Source: Planctomycetota bacterium (lineage in GTDB: Bacteria > Planctomycetota > Planctomycetia > Pirellulales > UBA1268). From it: a stretch of DNA of 52,357 nt. How positions within the stretch are numbered: position 1 is the first letter of the stretch; each line of letters begins with the position of its first letter. The translations under genes and the position numbers were made by a program. Of this stretch, positions 19,886 to 31,149 are shown piece after piece. Below the pieces are notes generated by a model, which ran no database searches, was not told the DNA's origin, and saw only the letters and a program-made list of their open reading frames with translations. The stretch covers positions 1 through 52,357 of the forward strand of contig JBAXUW010000003.1 in NCBI GenBank assembly GCA_037129495.1, written 5' to 3'.

Positions 19886-21187
19886 CTACTCCTCAAGCAC
19901 GCTCAGGCAGACGCTCTTGCCCCGGACAACATCCGATTGATCGATAGTCGCGATCGCCTTTTGCACCGCGCTCGACGCGCAGGCATGGGTCATGATCACC
20001 AGCGGCACGCCCGCGTCAGAGGCGTTCGCGACATCGTGCTGGATCACCGACGCGATCGAGATGCCATGCACACCGAGGATGCCGGTGATCTTTGCCAACA
20101 CTCCCGGCCGATCGTTGACCCGAATCTGGAGAAAGTGCCGCTCAAGGGTATCCGCGGCGGTGATTTTTGCGGCCGGTGTGTCTGACTCCAGCACGCCCGT
20201 GGTTCGAAACGTGATCGCCGCCCGGCCTACAACGGTGTCGATAATGTCGGCCACGACGGCCGATGCAGTCGGCATCTGTCCCGCCCCCAGACCATGGAAA
20301 AACATCCGCCCCACGGCGTCGCCCACGATACTGACAGCGTTGTAGGCGCCCCGCGTTTCGGCGAGCGGCGTGCCAATCTTCACAAGTGCCGGCGCCACGC
20401 GCATCGCAAGCCTGCCGTCGTTGCGGCTGGCTACTGCGACCAGCCGGATGCGGTAGCCGAGTTCACGGGCGTAGTTGATGAGGTCGAGGTCGAGCCCCTC
20501 GATGCCGGTCCGGGGGATCTCGGCCCACGGCACCCAGACGCCGAAGGCCAGATGGGCCAGGATCGCCAGTTTCTGCGTGGCGTCGGTGCCATCGACATCC
20601 ATGGAGGGATCAGCCTCAGCAAAGCCCTTCGCCTGCGCAAGCCTGAGCACGTCGGCATAGTCGGCGCCGTCTTCTTCCATGCGGGTGAGAATGAAGTTGC
20701 TCGTGCCATTCAAGATGCCGCGGATCGAATCGATGCGGTTGGCCGCCAGGCATTCGCTGATGGCCGCCACGATCGGGATGCCACCGGCCACGGCGGCCTC
20801 AAACGCGATCGACCGGCCCCGCTTGCGGGCGATCTCAAAGAGCTCCGGACCATGCTCGGCCAGCAGGGCCTTGTTGGCAGTGACGACGTCTTTGCCATGT
20901 TCGAGAAGTTCGATCATCATGGTTCTTGCGGGCTCAAGGCCGCCGACCAGAAGAACCGCTACGGAGATCGACGGATCCTCAGAGATGTCGCGGATGTTGC
21001 CGGAGATCCGGTCGCCTCGCACTGCCACGTTTCGCGGCTTGGTAATGTCGTGGACGACCGCTTTCTCGACAACGATGGGCCGACCAGCATGCCGGGTAAT
21101 GTGGTCGGCCGATTCGACGAGGAGACGGACCACGCCCGACCCGACGGTGCCCAAACCGACAACGCCGACACGAACTGGTTCGATCAT
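19886..21187 (-). CDS. hom: Homoserine dehydrogenase with C-terminal ACT domain
   Basis: VGVVGLGTVGSG, VVTANKA, FEAAVAGGIP, GILNGTSNFIL, GFAEADPSMDVDGTDA, GAGQMPTASAV, ACT motif DRPGVLAKIT. Confidence 0.96.
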   Translation of the reverse strand: MIEPVRVGVVGLGTVGSGVVRLLVESADHITRHAGRPIVVEKAVVHDITKPRNVAVRGDRISGNIRDISEDPSISVAVLLVGGLEPARTMMIELLEHGKDVVTANKALLAEHGPELFEIARKRGRSIAFEAAVAGGIPIVAAISECLAANRIDSIRGILNGTSNFILTRMEEDGADYADVLRLAQAKGFAEADPSMDVDGTDATQKLAILAHLAFGVWVPWAEIPRTGIEGLDLDLINYARELGYRIRLVAVASRNDGRLAMRVAPALVKIGTPLAETRGAYNAVSIVGDAVGRMFFHGLGAGQMPTASAVVADIIDTVVGRAAITFRTTGVLESDTPAAKITAADTLERHFLQIRVNDRPGVLAKITGILGVHGISIASVIQHDVANASDAGVPLVIMTHACASSAVQKAIATIDQSDVVRGKSVCLSVLEE

Positions 21188-21333
21188 AGGGGCAACGACT
21201 CCGAAAATGTGGAACGATCAACAGATCGTAATGAGCCTAGCTTGCGGCTGGAAGCACTGCTCGTGGTTCACGGCCAAGGGCCAGATGTGCGGGTCGTGCG
21301 AGCCGTGCTCGGCATGGTTTTTATCCCTGCCAC

Positions 21334-21358
21334 GGGGGATCATTTTTTCCAACTTGCC
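21334..21358 (+). repeat. Degenerate REP-like motif
   Basis: GGGGGATCATTTTTTCCAACTTGCC aligns to GTGGGATAAGTTTTCCAACTTGTC with a few substitutions and one extra T. Divergent hom/M42 gap. Confidence 0.55.
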
Positions 21359-21399
21359 TTTTCGCCTTTCCGCCTGATCACATACAACTTCTCATCCAA

Positions 21400-22500
21400 G
21401 TGACTGATCCCTGTCTCGCAGCCTCAGGAGCTCCTGCTTTGGAAACATCGGCCCGCGAATTTCTTGTCCGCCTGCTCGAAACACCGAGCCCGTCCGGCTA
21501 CGAACAGCCGATCCAGCGGGTTGTGCGCGATTACCTCACGGGGATCGCCGACACCATCTCGACCGACTCGCACGGCAACGTGATCGGTGCAAAAAATGCC
21601 ACCGCGCCCACGCGGATGCTGCTGGCCGGCCACTGCGACCAGATCGGCCTGATCGTGCAATACATCGACTCCGACGGCTTTATTTCGGTGCAACCGATCG
21701 GCGGCTGGGATCCAATCCAGCTCGTTGGGGCGCGGGTGGTGATCTGGGCCCAGCTGGGCCCAGTCAATGGCGTTATGTCGCGGAAGCCGATCCATCTGCT
21801 CACCGAAGAGGAGCGGAAAGTCGTGCCAAAAATGAAGGACCTCTGGATAGACATCGGCGCTGGCGACAAGGCGGATGCCGAGAGTGTCGTGCGGGTGGGA
21901 GATCCGGTGACGTTCGAACTGAAATTCATGCCCTTACGTCGGAATCTCGCTTGCTCTGTTGCGATGGACGACAAGGTCGGCCTGTGGGTGGTGTTGGAGG
22001 CCTTCCGTCGCGCCGCGGCTGCGGGGCCCCTGCCCTGTGCGCTCTATGTGGCGTCTACCGTGCAGGAGGAGATTGGCCTCCGCGGTGCGCAGACGAGTTG
22101 CTACGGCGTTGATCCACATGTTGCCATTGCGGTGGATGTGACGCATGCCACCGACTGTCCCACCATCGATAAAAAATCGGAAGGTGATGTTTCGCTCGGC
22201 AAGGGTCCGGTGGTATATCGCGGGCCAAACATGAACCCGCATGTGGTCGACCGGTTGTTTGCGGCAGCGAAGGCTCACGATATTCCAGTCCAGCCGGGCG
22301 CGAGTGGCCGGGCGACCCCCACCGATGCCAATGTCCTGCAGACCACGCGATCAGGCGTGGCCACGGGACTCGTGAGCGTGCCCAATCGCTACATGCACTC
22401 CGCAGTTGAGACGATCTCGCTCGAAGATGCCGACCGAACGGCCGACCTCTTGGCAGCGTTTGTGCTGGGACTCGAGGGCTCGATCAACTGGGCACCATAG
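21400..22500 (+). CDS. M42 family metallopeptidase (TET-like aminopeptidase)
   Basis: PSPSGYE, AGHCDQIG, MDDKVG, STVQEEIGLRGA, AVDVTHA, RYMHS. Exact start uncertain. Confidence 0.92.
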   Translation: MTDPCLAASGAPALETSAREFLVRLLETPSPSGYEQPIQRVVRDYLTGIADTISTDSHGNVIGAKNATAPTRMLLAGHCDQIGLIVQYIDSDGFISVQPIGGWDPIQLVGARVVIWAQLGPVNGVMSRKPIHLLTEEERKVVPKMKDLWIDIGAGDKADAESVVRVGDPVTFELKFMPLRRNLACSVAMDDKVGLWVVLEAFRRAAAAGPLPCALYVASTVQEEIGLRGAQTSCYGVDPHVAIAVDVTHATDCPTIDKKSEGDVSLGKGPVVYRGPNMNPHVVDRLFAAAKAHDIPVQPGASGRATPTDANVLQTTRSGVATGLVSVPNRYMHSAVETISLEDADRTADLLAAFVLGLEGSINWAP

Positions 22501-22654
22501 TCCGAAGGTCGAACGCCCCCGCCAGGGCGACGGCGGGCTCCTGCCAAAACGGCACTCCCAGCAGATGCCGCGGAAACATAATTCTATGAGCAAAGACAGC
22601 AAAAATCCCGCACTGACAATGAAGCCATTCAAAACCCGTCGCTCCGCGCTTACT

Positions 22655-22671
22655 TTGGCACGCCGGTTGCT
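22655..22671 (+). promoter_or_regulatory. Sigma-54 (-24/-12) promoter upstream of groEL1
   Basis: TTGGCACGCCGGTTGCT has GG-N10-GC spacing and matches YTGGCACG-N4-TTGCW. About 95 nt before the start codon. Confidence 0.78.
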
Positions 22672-22764
22672 TTGATATTCCGCCGCCCGGCAGAGACTGC
22701 CAATTCAACACGTTCTTTTTCTGCTCTTTTTTCCTGATCGCGTCCATCCTTGAAGGAGTTTCTC

Positions 22765-24489
<1,725 letters not shown>

Positions 24490-24509
24490 TCGTCGCTGCC
24501 AACTGTCCC

Positions 24510-24525
24510 TTGGCATACCGCTTGT
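24510..24525 (+). promoter_or_regulatory. Possible imperfect sigma-54 promoter upstream of groES
   Basis: TTGGCATACCGCTTGT has correct GG-N10 spacing, but GT instead of GC at -12. Confidence 0.35.
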
Positions 24526-24610
24526 GGCGGCCTGATGAAAACGTAACTCGCAACGACACGAAATTGTTTCTTTTCTCTTTTTCTGTTCCCCGTTTTGGAG
24601 TAACAAACAC

Positions 24611-24916
24611 ATGGCTGCAAAGAATCTGAAGATCCGTCCGCTTGATGACCGCGTGGTTGTAGAACCCGTTGAGGCCGAAGAGCGAACTGCTGGCGGCATC
24701 GTGCTGCCCGACTCCGCCAAAGAGAAGCCCCAGCGGGGCCATGTTGTGGCGATGGGCCCCGGCAAGTTGCTCGAAAATGGCGGTCGTGCGCCGCTCTCCG
24801 TTGCTGTTGGCGATCAGGTGATCTACGGCAAGTATTCCGGCAGCGATATTGAGGTCGATGGTCATGAAGTGAAGATCCTCCGCGAGAGCGACATCCTCGC
24901 GAAGGTCGTCGGCTAG
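24611..24916 (+). CDS. groS: Co-chaperonin GroES
   Basis: [49 protein letters not shown]. Confidence 0.97.
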   Translation: MAAKNLKIRPLDDRVVVEPVEAEERTAGGIVLPDSAKEKPQRGHVVAMGPGKLLENGGRAPLSVAVGDQVIYGKYSGSDIEVDGHEVKILRESDILAKVVG

Positions 24917-25033
24917 GGTGAGCTGGTTTCAAGCTCGCGCGCTCGACGGTTCACCGCTTCTCTGTTCATTGGTTGATAGCCCAGACACCCTTTCAGCACT
25001 ACTTTCCGTAGCCTTTTTCAGGAGTATCGACTC

Positions 25034-26653
25034 GTGCCCAAGCAACTGCTGTTCGAAGACAACGCCCGTGCCAAACTGCTCAAGGGTGTCGAGAAACTGG
25101 CCGGTGCCGTCGCGGTCACCATGGGGCCCACCGGCCGCAACGTGATCATCGACAAGTCGTTTGGCGGTCCCACCGTGACCAAAGACGGTGTGACGGTAAG
25201 TAAGGAAGTCGATCTCGAAGATCCATTTGAGAATATGGGCGCCAAACTCGTGAACGAGGTCGCCTCAAAGACCTCCGATCTGGCCGGTGACGGCACGACC
25301 ACGGCCACGGTGCTCGCCCGGGCAATCTTTCGCGAGGGCACGCGAAATGTTGCTGCCGGCAGCAACCCAACCGCGGTTCGTCGCGGTATCGATAAGGGTG
25401 TTACGGCGGCCGTCGAGCGGCTTATGGAGATGGCACGGAAGGTGGAGCGGCCCGAGGAGGTTGCTCAGGTTGGTGCAATCAGCGCGAATAACGACCGCTC
25501 GATCGGCGACCTTCTGGCCGAGGCTCTGCAGAAGGTGGGCAAGGACGGTGTGATCACTGTCGAGGAAGGGAAGACGACCGAGACGACCGTCCGGTTCGTT
25601 GACGGCATGCAGTTTGACAAGGGTTTTGTTTCCCCCTACTTCGTCAATAAGCCGGCCGAGATGATCTGCCAACTCGACGACGCCCTGATCCTGATTCACG
25701 AAAAGAAGATCTCGAACCTCCGCGACCTGTTGCCACTCCTCGAGAAGGTGGCCCAGTCGGGAAAACCGCTATTGATCATCGCGGAGGATGTCGATGGCGA
25801 CGCCCTCACGGCCTTGGTTGTTAATAAACTCCGTGGTGTGCTCAACGTCTGCGCTTCAAAGGCGCCCGGCTTCGGCGACCGCCGCAAGGCAATGCTTGGC
25901 GACGTCGCTATGCTTACCGGTGGCACGCTGATTTCGGAGGATCTTGGCATAAAGCTTGAAAACCTCGACCTGTCGCATCTCGGTCGGGCCAAAAAGATCA
26001 CGGTCGACAAGGGCGAGACCACGATCGTGCAGGGCGCGGGCAAGCAGGAAGACGTGCAGGCCCGCGTCCATCAACTTCGCACCCAGATTGAGGGCACCGA
26101 GAGCGAGTATGACCGCGAGAAGCTTCAGGAGCGGCTGGCAAAACTGACTGGCGGCGTCGCGATCGTCTCCGTCGGGGCCGGCACCGAGGCCGAGATGAAG
26201 CAGAAGAAGGCTCGCGTCGAGGATGCCCTTCATGCCACGCGAGCGGCCGTTGAAGAAGGCATTGTTCCGGGCGGTGGCGTGGCCTTGCTCCGCTGCCGCG
26301 AGGCAGTGGAAAGGGCTCGTTCGCAGGCCAAGGGTGACGAGAAGATCGGCGTCGATATTGTGCTGCATGCCCTCGAGGCTCCGATCCGACAGATCGCTGA
26401 TAACTGCGGCATCGACGGGGCGGTCGTGGCCGACGAGGTCGCCGATAAAGATCTCAACATGGGCTACGATGCCAACAAGGGCGAGTATGTCGACATGCTT
26501 AAGGCTGGAATCATCGACCCGGTAAAGGTCGTCCGCGTGGCACTGACCAACGCGGCGAGTATCGCCGGCCTGATGCTCACGACGCAGGTTCTTGTCACGA
26601 ACCTTGACAAGGACAACGCCAAGAAGCACCGAACTGAAGGCAGCGTGCGGTAG
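25034..26653 (+). CDS. groL: Chaperonin GroEL (copy 2, no GGM tail)
   Basis: [50 protein letters not shown]. Ends ..KHRTEGSVR. Confidence 0.97.
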   Translation: MPKQLLFEDNARAKLLKGVEKLAGAVAVTMGPTGRNVIIDKSFGGPTVTKDGVTVSKEVDLEDPFENMGAKLVNEVASKTSDLAGDGTTTATVLARAIFREGTRNVAAGSNPTAVRRGIDKGVTAAVERLMEMARKVERPEEVAQVGAISANNDRSIGDLLAEALQKVGKDGVITVEEGKTTETTVRFVDGMQFDKGFVSPYFVNKPAEMICQLDDALILIHEKKISNLRDLLPLLEKVAQSGKPLLIIAEDVDGDALTALVVNKLRGVLNVCASKAPGFGDRRKAMLGDVAMLTGGTLISEDLGIKLENLDLSHLGRAKKITVDKGETTIVQGAGKQEDVQARVHQLRTQIEGTESEYDREKLQERLAKLTGGVAIVSVGAGTEAEMKQKKARVEDALHATRAAVEEGIVPGGGVALLRCREAVERARSQAKGDEKIGVDIVLHALEAPIRQIADNCGIDGAVVADEVADKDLNMGYDANKGEYVDMLKAGIIDPVKVVRVALTNAASIAGLMLTTQVLVTNLDKDNAKKHRTEGSVR

Positions 26654-26688
26654 CTGTCAGTGGCGCAAAGCCATATCGGCATCTGATC

Positions 26689-27897
26689 ATGCCCAACGAG
26701 CGCGATTACTACGAAGTGCTTGAAGTGGAACGCCGTGCCGACGGTGCGGCCATCTCGAATGCCTATCGGAAGCTGGCAATCCAGTTTCATCCCGATAAGA
26801 ATCCTGGCAATCCAGCGGCTGCCGACCGCTTTAAAGAGGCGGCGAGGGCATTTGAAGTGCTCTCAAACGATGAACTTCGGGCGCGGTATGACCGCTATGG
26901 CCATGCGGGCCTGCAGGGGGGCGGTCGTCATGAGTTTAACGACCTCTCCGACATTTTCGACACGTTCGGAGATTTGTTTGGTGGTGCGCTAGGTGGCGGT
27001 GGGCTAGGTGGTGGTGGGCGGCGAGCGAACCGCGCGAGGCCAGGACGCGACGTATTTTCAAGTATATCGCTGTCGCTTTTGGAAGCCGCCCGCGGAGCGT
27101 CCAAGACAATTCAGTTTTCTCGGCATGAGCTCTGCGGCACCTGCGATGGCAGCGGCGCAAAGAAGGGCACAAAGCCTCAAGCCTGCGAGTATTGCGGTGG
27201 CCACGGTCAGGTGATCCAGTCGGCTGGCGTCTTTCGCCTGCAGACGACCTGCCCCTCCTGCCGCGGCGTCGGCACCGTAATTCGCGAGAAGTGCGGGCCC
27301 TGTGCGGGCGAAGGGCTGACTGTCGAGCATGTTGAACGGCGGGTGACGATTCCTGCGGGTGTTGATCGCGATGTAAGGGTCCGACTGGCCGGCGAGGGAG
27401 AGCCCGGCGGTAACGGCGGGCCTCCGGGCGACTGCTACTGCGTGATCGAAATCGAGGAGCATCCGTTTCTCACCCGCGAAGGCCGCGATTTACACTGCGA
27501 GGTGCCGATTACATTCAGTCAGGCGGCGCTCGGGGCAACAGTCGAGGTGCCAACGCTCGATGGCCCGAAGCCGCTCGCAATCGCCAGGGGCATTCAGGCC
27601 GCCGATGTCATCCGCATCAAGGGACTCGGGATGCCTGAGGTTCGGGGCCGTGGCATCGGCGACCTGCACGTCCATATCCATGTGGAGGTGCCGAAGACGC
27701 TCTCGCCAAAGGCGGAGCAACTGCTGCGAGACCTAGCTGCCGAAGAGCAGAAGGAGGTCAGCCCGAAGCGTTCCAGCTTTTTTAGCCGGCTTGCCGAATA
27801 CTTCCAGCCAAAGGATGCAGCCGGCCAGCCCGAAGAACCACGGGATCAAAAACAACCCACAACACAGCCAGCGTCACAAAAGGAAAGGAAGAAATGA
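26689..27897 (+). CDS. dnaJ: Molecular chaperone DnaJ
   Basis: J-domain with HPD, G/F-rich linker, four CxxCxGxG repeats, C-terminal domain. Confidence 0.96.
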   Translation: MPNERDYYEVLEVERRADGAAISNAYRKLAIQFHPDKNPGNPAAADRFKEAARAFEVLSNDELRARYDRYGHAGLQGGGRHEFNDLSDIFDTFGDLFGGALGGGGLGGGGRRANRARPGRDVFSSISLSLLEAARGASKTIQFSRHELCGTCDGSGAKKGTKPQACEYCGGHGQVIQSAGVFRLQTTCPSCRGVGTVIREKCGPCAGEGLTVEHVERRVTIPAGVDRDVRVRLAGEGEPGGNGGPPGDCYCVIEIEEHPFLTREGRDLHCEVPITFSQAALGATVEVPTLDGPKPLAIARGIQAADVIRIKGLGMPEVRGRGIGDLHVHIHVEVPKTLSPKAEQLLRDLAAEEQKEVSPKRSSFFSRLAEYFQPKDAAGQPEEPRDQKQPTTQPASQKERKK

Positions 27898-28415
27898 ATC
27901 CACCTGACTACGATCCAGAACAACCCGATCAGGTAGACAGCGGTCCGCAGCCGGGTGAGGTTTCCGGCGGCGACCTGTTCGCCCAGCAACTCCAGGACGC
28001 GGAAGACCGCCTGCTGAGGTCGCAGGCGGAGTTGGAGAATTACCGCAAGCGATCGCGACGGGAATACGAGGAGGCGCTCCGCTACCGTGAGATCGATCTG
28101 CTTCGTGACCTGCTGCCGGTGCTTGACACGATCCGCCGGGCAATCGAAGCCAGCGAGAAGACGACTGACGTCGAGAGCCTACGGTCGGGATTCCGGATGA
28201 CTGCCCAGCAGATTGAGAAACTGATCGACAGCCATGGCTGCAAGACGATCGAGACCGACGGCAAACTCTTCGATCCGAATGTTCACGACGCGATCATGCA
28301 GCAGGTTGTGGCCGGTGTTCCGGCGGGAACAATCGTCGGCGTTGCCAGCCAAGGCTACCGGCTGCACGATCGTGTGGTGCGGCCTGCCCAGGTGCTTGTC
28401 TCCAAGGAGGATTGA
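27894..28415 (+). CDS. grpE: Nucleotide exchange factor GrpE
   Basis: LLRSQAELENYRKR, LLPVLD, FDPNVHDAI, GYRLHDRVVRPAQVLV. ATGA overlap with dnaJ. Confidence 0.95.
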   Translation: MNPPDYDPEQPDQVDSGPQPGEVSGGDLFAQQLQDAEDRLLRSQAELENYRKRSRREYEEALRYREIDLLRDLLPVLDTIRRAIEASEKTTDVESLRSGFRMTAQQIEKLIDSHGCKTIETDGKLFDPNVHDAIMQQVVAGVPAGTIVGVASQGYRLHDRVVRPAQVLVSKED

Positions 28416-28418
28416 TCC

Positions 28419-28751
28419 ATGCCAACGTATGATTATGTCTGCGACGGCTGCGGGCATGCCTATGAGCTGTTTCAGTCGATGACCGACGGGGTGAAGAGGA
28501 CCTGCCCAAAGTGTGGCAAGAAAAAACTCCGCCGATTGATCGGTAGCGGCGGCGCGATCGTGTTTAAGGGGTCAGGTTTTTACAAGACGGACTACCGCAG
28601 CGAATCGTATAAAAAAGGCGCGGCTGCCGATTCTGCTGGTTCATCCGGCGGCAAGACCGAGGGCAAATCCGAGGGCAAATCCGAGGGCAAGTCGGAAGGT
28701 GGCTCCAAGGGTTCGGAATCGGCTGGCGGTGGATCGAAGGGAGCAGAGTAG
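28419..28751 (+). CDS. FmdB family zinc-ribbon protein
   Basis: MPTYDYVCDGCGH..CPKCG..LRRLIG..FKGSGFYKTDY, followed by a low-complexity tail. Confidence 0.9.
   Translation: MPTYDYVCDGCGHAYELFQSMTDGVKRTCPKCGKKKLRRLIGSGGAIVFKGSGFYKTDYRSESYKKGAAADSAGSSGGKTEGKSEGKSEGKSEGGSKGSESAGGGSKGAE
28657..28690 (+). repeat. 12-bp in-frame tandem repeat (about 3 copies; SEGK/EGKS)
   Basis: CCGAGGGCAAAT twice plus CCGAGGGCAA, in the FmdB tail. Confidence 0.8.
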
Positions 28752-28754
28752 ACA

Positions 28755-28937
28755 ATGCCCCTCTGCCCGGTCTGCGACGCAAAAGTCAGACTCGATGCCA
28801 CCCCTTCAGCGCCCTTCTGCAGCGACCGCTGTCGGTTGATCGACCTCGGCCGCTGGCTGGACGAAGCCTACGCCCTCCCCGAAAAGCCGAGTGCTGAAGA
28901 CGACGAGGAAGCGGGCCCCGGCGAGCCTGCTGGCTGA
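28755..28937 (+). CDS. yacG: DNA gyrase inhibitor YacG
   Basis: [24 protein letters not shown]. Confidence 0.9.
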   Translation: MPLCPVCDAKVRLDATPSAPFCSDRCRLIDLGRWLDEAYALPEKPSAEDDEEAGPGEPAG

Positions 28938-29036
28938 GAGCGAGCCTGAGTTCTGACGGATTGCGCCGCCCGCCGTATACTTTTGTCCGCGGAATTACTG
29001 CGACCCGCAGTGCAAGCAGACCACGAAAGCCAAACC

Positions 29037-30245
29037 ATGACCGACATCGACAGCCCTGCGATCTACGACCAGTCCCCGTCCCCAAGCGGGCCGCACACAG
29101 ACCGGATCGTCCAAGAGATTCAGTGGAGCGAGGCGCTGCCCTGGTGGGTGTTGTTTCGCGCTGCCGGAGTCGCCTTCTCGCCGACAGTCATCCTGCTCGC
29201 CGCCCTCGGGTGTCTGGCCACATGGGCCGGGTGGTCACTGGCCGACAGCATGCAACTTGCCGGCGTTCCTCAGCCGGCCGCCACTGGACTGGCCCTGCCC
29301 GCGGAGCCGAGCGGCGTGTTGAATGACGTGTTGAATAGTGGTCGCCTGCTGGCTCCGAGCCAGCAGGTGCTGCCCTGGCTGCTCGGCATCCTCGACCGCC
29401 TACCGATCGCGGCCGCCGACGTGCTGCGGTTGGTGGCGGTGCCGTTTCGGCCAGCAGCCACGTTTGCCCAGATGTTTGGCGCCCTCGTCCGGATCGGCTG
29501 GTTCGTGCTCGTCTGGTCAATCTTCGGCACGGCGATCACCCGGCACGTGGCACTTGCACTTGTGGGTGAAGAAACCCAGGGGCTCAGCGGAGCGATCTGG
29601 TACGGCACCCGCAAGTGGCTCGCGTCGTTCAACGCAGTTGCCTTCGTGCTGCTCGGTATTCTCAGTCTGTCTGTGCCCGGGGCGATCCTCGGCCTGCTGA
29701 TGCGGACCGACATCGGCCTGGCTTTGGCGGGTGCGATCTGGCCGCTGGTGCTTGCAGGCGCGATTGTGGTCGCGATCCTGGCCATCGGCATGGTGGCCGG
29801 CTGGCCGCTGATGGTGGCGGCTGTCGGTGTCGAGCGCGGCGATAGTTTTCAGGCCATCTCCACGTCGTTTTCCTATCTCTACCAGCGTCCGCTGCACTAC
29901 GCCTTTTATGGGCTCATTGCCGCGCTGGTGGCCCTGCCGGCGCTCGCTGCCGCGGGCGTCTTCGCCGATGCAACCGGCACGCTGGCTATGTGGGCGGCAA
30001 GCTTCGGGATGGGGCACGAGCGGACCAAGGCCGTCATGGAGGGAATCAGCGCGGGCGGCGCTGGTGTGCCCTGGGGCGCCCGGGCGATTGGCTTCTGGAT
30101 GAGTGGCCTCGAGGCGCTGCTCTCGTCGTTTGGCTGGGGCTATTTCTGGGCGATCGCTACGGCGGGCTACCTGCTCCTGCGGAAGGATGTGGACGGCACA
30201 GAATTTGACGAGGTGGTGGTGGAAGAGCCCGTTGGTGGATCCTGA
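29037..30245 (+). CDS. Multi-pass membrane protein of unknown function
   Basis: About 8 hydrophobic segments; motifs DSFQAISTSFSYLYQRPLHY and YLLLRKDVDGTEFDEV. Start 28983 or 29037. Confidence 0.75.
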   Translation: MTDIDSPAIYDQSPSPSGPHTDRIVQEIQWSEALPWWVLFRAAGVAFSPTVILLAALGCLATWAGWSLADSMQLAGVPQPAATGLALPAEPSGVLNDVLNSGRLLAPSQQVLPWLLGILDRLPIAAADVLRLVAVPFRPAATFAQMFGALVRIGWFVLVWSIFGTAITRHVALALVGEETQGLSGAIWYGTRKWLASFNAVAFVLLGILSLSVPGAILGLLMRTDIGLALAGAIWPLVLAGAIVVAILAIGMVAGWPLMVAAVGVERGDSFQAISTSFSYLYQRPLHYAFYGLIAALVALPALAAAGVFADATGTLAMWAASFGMGHERTKAVMEGISAGGAGVPWGARAIGFWMSGLEALLSSFGWGYFWAIATAGYLLLRKDVDGTEFDEVVVEEPVGGS

Positions 30246-30278
30246 ATCTCCCGCCTACTCGGGACCCTTCCCTCCCCT

Positions 30279-30304
30279 GTGGGATAAGTTTTTGGAGCTT
30301 GTCC
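30279..30304 (+). repeat. REP-like motif
   Basis: GTGGGATAAGTTTTTGGAGCTTGTCC, in a convergent gap. Confidence 0.8.
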
Positions 30305-30330
30305 TTTCTCTCCCCCGTGTCGGCTCCGTC

Positions 30331-30750
30331 TTATGGGCACCAGCGTTTGATGATGGCAGGGAAGCCACCGAGGAGTTCGCCGCGGCTAACCGACGCATCG
30401 GCACCGGCGGCCTCCGCCTGCTCGAGCCGATTTTTTGCTACGTGTGGTCCGAAAGCGATCAATCGAGCCGCCTTGCCCGCCGCCGACCGCTGCGGCTCGA
30501 TGATCGCCAGCACCCGCGTCACCAGTACGGCCGGGTCGCCGCTCACCGCCTGCAGATCGAGCAGCACAAGGTCGTAGGGCCCGCTTGGCAGTGGATCGTC
30601 GAGGCTGCGGAGCGTTTCCAGCCGGCCTCCGGCCTCCCGCGCCAGTCCTGCAATCCGACTGGTCGAGAGCAGGTCGGGCGAGACGAGCAAAATTCGCAGT
30701 CCGTCGCCACGGTCATCAGTCGGCAGTGAGTTGACAATCGAGAAAGTCAT
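30331..30750 (-). CDS. Stand-alone atypical response-regulator receiver-like protein
   Basis: RILLVSPDL, YDLVLLDL (phospho-Asp position), IAFGPHV, AGADASVSR. ATGA overlap with the upstream P-II gene. Confidence 0.7.
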   Translation of the reverse strand: MTFSIVNSLPTDDRGDGLRILLVSPDLLSTSRIAGLAREAGGRLETLRSLDDPLPSGPYDLVLLDLQAVSGDPAVLVTRVLAIIEPQRSAAGKAARLIAFGPHVAKNRLEQAEAAGADASVSRGELLGGFPAIIKRWCP

Positions 30751-31094
30751 ACAGCCTCCGGGCCACGCACTTCACGGTAGATCTGCACAGCCTCGTCGAT
30801 CGGCAGCACGAACAGGCTGCCGGCCTCACTGTGGGAATCAGCACCAGCATTCTGTGGCGACCCCAGCTGCATCGCCTTTCGGATCGTCTCAACGGCCCGC
30901 TTGAGAAAATCATCGTTGACCGCGATTTCCATCACCGACTCCTGAACAAGGCCATGGCTCTCGTGACCGACTCCGCCGGGAAGATCGTAGCCTTGGGCGT
31001 CGCAGACCGTGAGCCGGGTGACGTGGACGGCGGCCAGAGCCTGCCTCACCGCTTCCAATTGCGCGGGTCTGAGCACGGCGACAACAAGACGCAT
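30747..31094 (-). CDS. Divergent P-II (GlnB/GlnK-fold) family protein
   Basis: MRLVVAVLRPAQLEAVRQAL..TRLTVCDAQGY..MEIAVNDDF..LFVLPIDEAVQI..RGPEAV follows the P-II scaffold, but the ligand-binding loops are altered. Confidence 0.8.
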   Translation of the reverse strand: MRLVVAVLRPAQLEAVRQALAAVHVTRLTVCDAQGYDLPGGVGHESHGLVQESVMEIAVNDDFLKRAVETIRKAMQLGSPQNAGADSHSEAGSLFVLPIDEAVQIYREVRGPEAV

Positions 31095-31149
31095 GGTGGG
31101 GACTTCACAGAGATGCGACTGACAAAAGTGAGGCGGCAATCCGGCCGGC

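Noticed and set aside
20347-20371. Sigma-54-like TTGGCACGCCGCTCGC on the minus strand
   Set aside because: Inside the hom coding sequence and lacks TTGC at -12; probably chance.
22677-22703. CIRCE operator before groEL1
   Set aside because: Only a right-half-like GACTGCCAA. The expected left half reads ATTCCGCCG and does not match.
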